A DNA stretch of 64,000 nucleotides from Gammaproteobacteria bacterium. GTDB taxonomy: Bacteria > Pseudomonadota > Gammaproteobacteria > GCA-001735895. How positions within the stretch are numbered: the stretch's first letter is position 1; each line of letters begins with the position of its first letter. The stretch spans positions 3,428 through 67,427 of the forward strand of contig JBNKKI010000173.1 of the NCBI GenBank assembly GCA_050291745.1. Direction: 5' to 3'. Positions 58,851 through 64,000 of the stretch are shown here, piece after piece. A program made the translations under genes and the position numbers. The notes under the pieces were generated by a model. It did not search any database. It had not been told where the DNA came from and worked only from the letters and a program-made list of their open reading frames with translations.

Positions 58851-61413
58851 TTAAATACTGTGTTATAAATGTATTTAACCCTTCGATATCAAACCCTTTT
58901 GCCAGTTTCATTAGCTGCTGAGCAAAGGGGATGAAAGCTTCATTCTCTGATTGTAAACGAGAGGCTTGCTCCTGTATTTCAAATACCTGTCCTACTTCGA
59001 TTAATTGATTTAGTTCGAGTAACTGTTCGCGGGGCGGTACAACCATGGGTATTTCGGGTTCATTGGCTTCCTCTGCGTATATATATGTCAATCCCAGTTG
59101 CTTTTCCAGACAATGGTATATCTCTTCAAAGTGATAAGGTTTGCTGACGTAGTCATCCATGCCTGATGCACGTAATGTTGCTTCCTGCTCTTTTAATGCG
59201 GAGGCGGTGACGGCAACGATTTTCACCTCGCCGCCGCCCGGCAATGCACGAATTTGTTGAGTGGCCTCGTCTCCGTCCATGATTGGCATGCGTTGGTCCA
59301 TCCAGATCAGATCCGGTTTCCAGTCTTCGAATATCTGTATGCACTCCTTGCCGTTCTGTGCCACCTTTACCTCCAGGCCAAGGTCTGTCATTAGCCTGGA
59401 GAGCAGGATTTGATTATCCTGCTGATCTTCGGCAATCAGGATTTTGCGACTGGACTGTTGCGGCGCAATACCAGCCACAGCTCCGTGCCTTTCTCCGCTC
59501 AGACGTTTTATATCTACCTCATCGGCTTCATTCAGTGGCAGCTTGACGCGGAATAGCGACCCCTTGCCCGTTTGGCTTTCAACGGAGATATCCCCCTGCA
59601 TCAATTGTACGAACTGGTATACGATAGTGAGTCCCAGTCCGGTTCCACCGTGTGAAGAAGTGCCTGCAGACAGTTGTTCGAAAGGCTTAAAAAGACGCTG
59701 CTGGTCGAAGCTACTAATCCCCGGGCCAGTATCCTCTACCTCGATCAGTAGCTTGTGATGAGCGTTGTGCCAATTGCGCAGGCGGATGGTCACGCTGCCT
59801 AGTTCGGTGAACTTCACTGCATTGCTCACCAGATTCACCAGGATCTGTCGAAGCCGAGCCTCGTCGCCCTTGATGTAGCGCGGGCAGTCTGATGATTGAT
59901 CCAGCTCCAGTTGCAGACCTTTCTGTTGCGCTCGCAGTCTCATCATGTCACTAACTTCTCGCACCAGATTTTGTAAATTAAAACTGGCGATATCAAGTTG
60001 TAACTTGCCAGCCTCGATTTTGGCGATTTCCAGTACGTCATTGATCAGTTTGAGCAGGTGATCACCGCTGTGATTAATGATATCCAGGTTTTCCCGCTGA
60101 CTGGCGCTCAAGGAGCTGTCACTATGCATGAGTTGCGAGAAGCCGAGGATTGCGTTGAGTGGCGTGCGCAACTCATGGCTCATGTTAGCCAGGAACACAC
60201 TCTTTGCCTTATTCGCGGCTTCAGCAGCATCGCGTGCCAGACGCAGTTCATCAGTACGTTGCTGGACTGTTTCCTCAAGATGATCTTTGTAGCGTACAAG
60301 TTCCTGTTCCGTCCGTTTACGTTCGCTGAGATCGTAAACCATGCCGACATATCCTGTAATACCGCCACCCTCGTTGTAGAGTGCTGTTACTGACAGATTA
60401 ACTGGTACTCGGCTTCCATCTTTGCGCACAAAGTTCCATTCGTTTTCTTCAGCAAGATTGCGCTGCGGGCGGGCAGCAAATACCTGAAATCCCGGTTGGA
60501 TTGTTTCGCCCAATTCGTTTGACAACTGTTGGGCATAGCGTGCGATTTCTTCCGGATCGTGCCAGTATTCGGGCGTCTGCTTTGCAACGATCTCGTCTTC
60601 CGTATAACCCAGTAAACGCTCAGCAGCAGGATTAAAACTGGTGACAATGCCTTCCGGTGTCGCGGAGATGATGCCGTAGGCTACATTATCCAGAATCGTG
60701 CGCTGAAAAAGCGTGAGCTGTTGCAAGTCATCTTCTCGCTCCTGGATAGTTTCCATCATGGCGTTGAAGTTTTTGCCCAGCTGTGCCACTTCATCGGTGC
60801 CAGTCGCGGGAACGCGATGCGTATAGTTCGCACTGGCCCGAACTAGTTGGGTCGCCTGGGTCAAATTTGCAATGGGGCGCGTGAGTGTGCGTCGTAAAAC
60901 CAGCAGTTGGGCAACTGTAGCCAGAAGCACAACGAGTACACCCATAGCGAATACCCACAGAGCCTGATGTGTTTGCTGGCGAAGTTGTTCAAGTCCAATG
61001 CTTAGCCGTAGACGACCTCCACTGGGGAGCACTTGTAACAATTCTGCTGTATTTCGTTCCAGATAGAGACCATCCGGTCTGGTCGGTAAAGGAGCCGGGG
61101 TAAGGTTTGGTAGCTGGCTGAAACTGGCGAGTATGCGCCCGCTATCGAGGTAAATGACTGCTTCCTGTATTTGCGAATTTGACTGCAGGCTATCGAGAAT
61201 TTCCTGTGCACGGGTGGGGTCCTCAAAAGCCACCGCTGCGTCTGTGCCGACTGAAACCAGTTGTGCATAGGGGTCCATGATCTGGTGGGTGCGTTGCTCC
61301 AGAGTAAAACTCTGAAACAGCACTACACCAATGCCGGTCACAACAAATGCCAGAAGGGCGACCCCCCAAAGCACGAGTGCAAGTCTGTTATGTATGTTTA
61401 GCTGGATAGACAT
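58846..61413 (-). CDS. Hybrid sensor histidine kinase / response regulator with C-terminal Hpt-like tail
   Basis: 855 aa; N-terminal TM plus periplasmic domain, HAMP, PAS (with coiled coil), HisKA H-box (NMSHELRTPLNAI), HATPase (GTGLGLTIV), REC (DLIWMDQRMPIMDG), then ~110 aa containing KLAKG. Confidence 0.85.
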   Translation of the reverse strand: MSIQLNIHNRLALVLWGVALLAFVVTGIGVVLFQSFTLEQRTHQIMDPYAQLVSVGTDAAVAFEDPTRAQEILDSLQSNSQIQEAVIYLDSGRILASFSQLPNLTPAPLPTRPDGLYLERNTAELLQVLPSGGRLRLSIGLEQLRQQTHQALWVFAMGVLVVLLATVAQLLVLRRTLTRPIANLTQATQLVRASANYTHRVPATGTDEVAQLGKNFNAMMETIQEREDDLQQLTLFQRTILDNVAYGIISATPEGIVTSFNPAAERLLGYTEDEIVAKQTPEYWHDPEEIARYAQQLSNELGETIQPGFQVFAARPQRNLAEENEWNFVRKDGSRVPVNLSVTALYNEGGGITGYVGMVYDLSERKRTEQELVRYKDHLEETVQQRTDELRLARDAAEAANKAKSVFLANMSHELRTPLNAILGFSQLMHSDSSLSASQRENLDIINHSGDHLLKLINDVLEIAKIEAGKLQLDIASFNLQNLVREVSDMMRLRAQQKGLQLELDQSSDCPRYIKGDEARLRQILVNLVSNAVKFTELGSVTIRLRNWHNAHHKLLIEVEDTGPGISSFDQQRLFKPFEQLSAGTSSHGGTGLGLTIVYQFVQLMQGDISVESQTGKGSLFRVKLPLNEADEVDIKRLSGERHGAVAGIAPQQSSRKILIAEDQQDNQILLSRLMTDLGLEVKVAQNGKECIQIFEDWKPDLIWMDQRMPIMDGDEATQQIRALPGGGEVKIVAVTASALKEQEATLRASGMDDYVSKPYHFEEIYHCLEKQLGLTYIYAEEANEPEIPMVVPPREQLLELNQLIEVGQVFEIQEQASRLQSENEAFIPFAQQLMKLAKGFDIEGLNTFITQYLS

Positions 61414-61694
61414 CTTTTATCTCATATGGTGTTTTTCCTTGTTCCGGATTATCGCCGGAAACTTACAGCTTTCTAGTCTGTATAGTCGTGCAGCAACCCG
61501 GACTGCCCGATTTCCATGCTTGCTGCCAGCTCATCATTAAACCGTCATTTTGTTTTATATCAATTCAATAGCTGAGACTATGGTATCTATTTTAGCTCAG
61601 CATTTAGTCTCTATGTTGAGTACTTTTATTTTAATATCTTTTTTTATTTTTTGGCGCAGCCACTCCAGTGCAGGTCAATATTATTGCAATACAC

Positions 61695-61717
61695 AGCTGC
61701 GGAATCCAGGTTGAATT
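61695..61717 (-). repeat. Family A terminus fragment (A8)
   Basis: CAGCTGCGGAATCCAGGTTGAATT = isolated A-element end. Confidence 0.4.
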
Positions 61718-61751
61718 ATGATTATCAGTCAGTAGCCTCAGAGACTGTGTT

Positions 61752-61848
61752 TTTATTCTGTTCCTAATACTCCCGTGTTGGAACCGAAAGATTTAGCGAT
61801 CATTTGATCTCGTATGCATTACCACGCGGGAGCGTGGGAACGAGAGAA
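61752..61848 (+). repeat. Repeat family C copy C1 (97-bp imperfect palindromic element)
   Basis: TATTCTGTTCCTAATACTCCCGTGTTGGAAC...CATTACCACGCGGGAGCGTGGGAACGAGAGAAT; arms TTCTGTTCC..ACTCCCG / CGGGAG..GGAAC..AGAA are inverted repeats. Confidence 0.6.
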
Positions 61849-62041
61849 ATAGGTGGGGGGCAATACTTTTACAAAAAAATGGCGTTACTATATTAAAAAT
61901 ATGGTGAAATATATTCAAAGTGAAAGTGCTAACAGTTAAATTGTATTTGGAAGCAGCAAATCTTACACAGCATTTTACTGTCATAAACACCTGCCGGTTT
62001 AGGTGAATTCGTTAGCATTACAGGAGTTCAATGTGATTAAA

Positions 62042-62431
62042 ATAATAAAAAGCTATTTATTGAAAAAAAAATGGGAGAATCGAAAGCTCCCGGATGGTCA
62101 AAAACTTTCAGAAAAATGGAAAACAATTAAAAAGGAATTTCCAGATGATATTATATCTTTAATAAAGGATTTAAGTGAAACGGAAACAGCTAGTGTCTGC
62201 TTACATAATGACGATATTACTCCCATGGAATATGTCGTGTTTGTTCTTCAGCATTGTTTTGGTTTTAGTGCAGATGAATCTATTAAAAAAATGTTGGAGA
62301 TTCACACTAAAGGTGACAGCATTATATTAACTGGTATGAACTCGAATTCGGCTGCAATTGTTGTTTTTTATTTACGCGGACACGCTAATTCAAGGGGGTA
62401 TCCACTAGAGTGGAAGGTCAAAGATGCATAA
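62042..62431 (+). CDS. ClpS-domain protein (ATP-dependent Clp protease adaptor paralog) with extended N-terminus
   Basis: C-terminal ...LHNDDITPMEYVVFVLQHCFGFSADESIKKMLEIHTKGDSIILTGMNSNSAAIVVFYLRGHANSRGYPLEWKVKDA aligns to the ClpS core. Start set at GTG 62042 (AGGAG RBS, 6-nt spacer) rather than GTG 62003. Confidence 0.65.
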   Translation: MIKSYLLKKKWENRKLPDGQKLSEKWKTIKKEFPDDIISLIKDLSETETASVCLHNDDITPMEYVVFVLQHCFGFSADESIKKMLEIHTKGDSIILTGMNSNSAAIVVFYLRGHANSRGYPLEWKVKDA

Positions 62432-62528
62432 TAAATTATCCCTCCAGAAACAAATTACATGCCTAAAATTTGTACGTGCTTTTACTCTGTTCATCTATGA
62501 ATATGGAAATTGAGAAAATTACTAGAGA

Positions 62529-62867
62529 ATGCTTATGAGTGAAAAGAAGCCTGATTTGTACAGCATGAATAATGCAGTCTTAGACAGCTATCCAATGGAA
62601 ACTGAAGAACAGTTTATTTTAGATATAGCTAAGGGAGTAAAACCTTCTGTAGCCCTGCAAAGCTTTATAAAGAGCAATGCTTGTGAATCACTGGATTCAT
62701 CAGTAATTTTGGATCTTTTGAGGAAGGCATACACGGGTATTAAGATTGGCGAGATTTCCGGCTTAATACATGATTCTGGCTACCCGTTTGCTGCCGGTGA
62801 AGATCTAAGTCACTTGAAATTTGATGAGATTGTTACTCAAGCATATGAAAATCCATCGGAATGGTGA
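62529..62867 (+). CDS. Hypothetical protein (112 aa)
   Basis: Open frame following the ClpS-like gene inside the module bounded by the two family-C repeats; no recognisable family. Confidence 0.4.
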   Translation: MLMSEKKPDLYSMNNAVLDSYPMETEEQFILDIAKGVKPSVALQSFIKSNACESLDSSVILDLLRKAYTGIKIGEISGLIHDSGYPFAAGEDLSHLKFDEIVTQAYENPSEW

Positions 62868-62953
62868 AAGTATTGTTTTGATGTGTCCAGGTTAACTCTT
62901 CTGGAGTGGCTGAAGTTCTTCGCTTTACTTCAGGATCTGATTGTAGAAAATGT

Positions 62954-63050
62954 TATTCTGGTTCTCATACTCCCGCATTGGAACTTTTATTTCTGGCGGT
63001 CAATTTGAGCTCGTTTGCATTCCCGCGCAGAGCGTTGGGAACGAGAGAAT
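62954..63050 (+). repeat. Repeat family C copy C2 (97 bp)
   Basis: TATTCTGGTTCTCATACTCCCGCATTGGAAC...CATTCCCGCGCAGAGCGTTGGGAACGAGAGAAT; same length and arm structure as C1. Confidence 0.6.
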
Positions 63051-63145
63051 GTTGACTTCTTTTAACAGAGCTTTTATCTTCCCTGCATTTTTATTATACG
63101 GATGTACTGCTCGTATGCCTACTCACTGCTCACTGAAAGACAATC

Positions 63146-64000
63146 GTGAAAAATAACTACATAATTAAACAGGATAAGAACCCCGCCTATTTCTATCAAA
63201 TTGATGCGAGGAAAGACTTGTGTATCGTGGTGAGTGGTAGTCCAGACCAGGTACCAGGCATAGAGATTACTCGATTTTCCACGGAGCAGGAGGCAGCACA
63301 GGAGGCCGCCAGACTAACCCGGGCACGGATAGATGAAGGCTATGTTCAAGATGATAAGCCCAGCAAGCTTTCCTTCTTTGCTGTCGCAATTGATCAACTG
63401 GCCCGTGCTGAAGCTCAAGAATCTGAGAGAGAAATCCTGACCCTGAAAGCTCTGGTCGACGCCTATCATAGTCGACACAGGCACCCTTTTGTTGAATCTT
63501 TGGGCGTTATAATGCGAGATGATGAGCTGGTTTCAATTCCTGTATTAGATGAATATTTGCAAAACAATCTAAAAAAGCTTTCTTCTAGCGCATTGGTCAG
63601 CCTGTTTCAGATGACTTTGCAGGATATCCGTTACAACTTTGCAGCCAGCAGTGTTGTGACAGAGGAAATTGTTAAGAGAAAGGATGAAGTGGCACAGCTC
63701 GCTGTTGTCACTCAATTCACTCTGGCCTGTGAGTATTACGATGCGGGGCACCGCAATAGGGCAAATACCAATCTGGATCTGCTTCTTGATACTTATTTCC
63801 CGCAATTCGAATCGTCAGCCTTACTGGCATTGTTGTCGACAGCAACGCCAGCTATGCTAAATGCTGACGATGGCGATGCTCTGGACGAACTTTTTGTGCC
63901 AGCCCTGCAGCACAGCAATGACAGGGAGTTGCAACAAACTATCATTGATGTTCTCGCAAGCTACAGAAGCGCACGGGATGAAGATGATGATAGTAAGAAA
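63146..64000 (+). CDS. Hypothetical protein, 3' end beyond window (no ATG start; GTG 63146 or TTG ~63218 with AGGA RBS)
   Basis: Uninterrupted frame from 63146 to window end (>280 codons): ...DLCIVVSGSPDQVPGIEITRFSTEQEAAQEAARLTRARIDEGY...; absent from the ORF track because no stop occurs in the window. Confidence 0.4.
   Translation, partial: MKNNYIIKQDKNPAYFYQIDARKDLCIVVSGSPDQVPGIEITRFSTEQEAAQEAARLTRARIDEGYVQDDKPSKLSFFAVAIDQLARAEAQESEREILTLKALVDAYHSRHRHPFVESLGVIMRDDELVSIPVLDEYLQNNLKKLSSSALVSLFQMTLQDIRYNFAASSVVTEEIVKRKDEVAQLAVVTQFTLACEYYDAGHRNRANTNLDLLLDTYFPQFESSALLALLSTATPAMLNADDGDALDELFVPALQHSNDRELQQTIIDVLASYRSARDEDDDSKK

Noticed and set aside
61752-63050. Family C repeats as integron attC sites (gene cassettes)
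   Set aside because: Arms lack the conserved RYYYAAC / GTTRRRY integrase-binding cores and no intI/attI is visible in the window; kept only as a cassette-like hypothesis in findings
1-64000. CRISPR arrays, tRNA/rRNA genes, IS transposases
   Set aside because: No short direct-repeat/spacer arrays, no tRNA-like GGTTCGAATCC/T-arm signatures and no transposase-like ORFs were seen; the repeats present are long, structured and lack coding capacity

Overview
This window looks like a chromosomal segment from a moderately AT-rich gammaproteobacterium. Conserved metabolic operons are interrupted by AT-rich accessory patches and an unusually dense set of non-coding repeat elements.

Genes in order:
- 1-5346: the Rnf electron-transport operon, rnfABCDGE plus an rnfH-like gene (rnfA is truncated at the 5' window edge).
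- 5.35-6.88 kb: an AT-rich insert with a BrnA-like antitoxin remnant and a frameshifted acidic ORF.
- 6.88-14.96 kb: a LysR regulator followed by a cluster of a KamA-family radical-SAM aminomutase with a long N-terminal extension, PcaIJ-like CoA-transferase subunits, a GSAM-like class III (beta-amino) aminotransferase, a PcaF-like thiolase and an ALDH7 aminoadipate-semialdehyde dehydrogenase. I read this as a candidate lysine/beta-lysine catabolic route that is not a textbook pathway.
- 15.1-20.8 kb: a second LysR (GcvA-like), a ClC channel, a MATE efflux pump and an EamA transporter.
- 21-28.5 kb: an AT-rich accessory island carrying a LysM/FecR protein, a PEP-CTERM/VPLPA-CTERM-like secreted protein, an outer-membrane beta-barrel-like protein, a lipoprotein and an internalin-like LRR protein with no signal peptide.
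- 28.6-36.8 kb: a polar amino-acid ABC transporter, PutA and a divergent Lrp-type regulator.
- 36.9-42.9 kb: UspA and a five-gene HAAT-type ABC transporter whose binding protein has a Tat signal.
- 43.1-55.5 kb: a CbrX/CbrA/CbrB-like module (small ORF, SSF-domain sensor kinase, sigma-54 activator) next to the methylcitrate genes prpB, prpC, a GntR regulator, acnD, prpF and an AcuI/YhdH-like reductase.
- 55.9-61.4 kb: Qor, a radical-SAM-like protein with non-canonical Cx4Cx2C spacing, a GNAT and a hybrid sensor kinase.
- 61.7-64.0 kb: a terminal module in which two 97-bp palindromic repeats flank a ClpS-like paralog and a hypothetical gene, followed by a partial hypothetical ORF.

Three repeat families stand out. 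Family A is a ~240-bp MITE-like element with ~20-bp terminal inverted repeats; there are six full or core copies plus fragments in 64 kb, including truncated and terminus-duplicated variants. Family B is a ~210-bp repeat with three copies inside the accessory island; two copies supply identical 5' regions to the OMP and lipoprotein genes. Family C is the pair of 97-bp palindromic elements. Families A and B share the terminal motif AACCTGGAAAAATCAGTT, which also occurs as solo footprints.

I found no tRNA, rRNA, CRISPR array or IS transposase gene.
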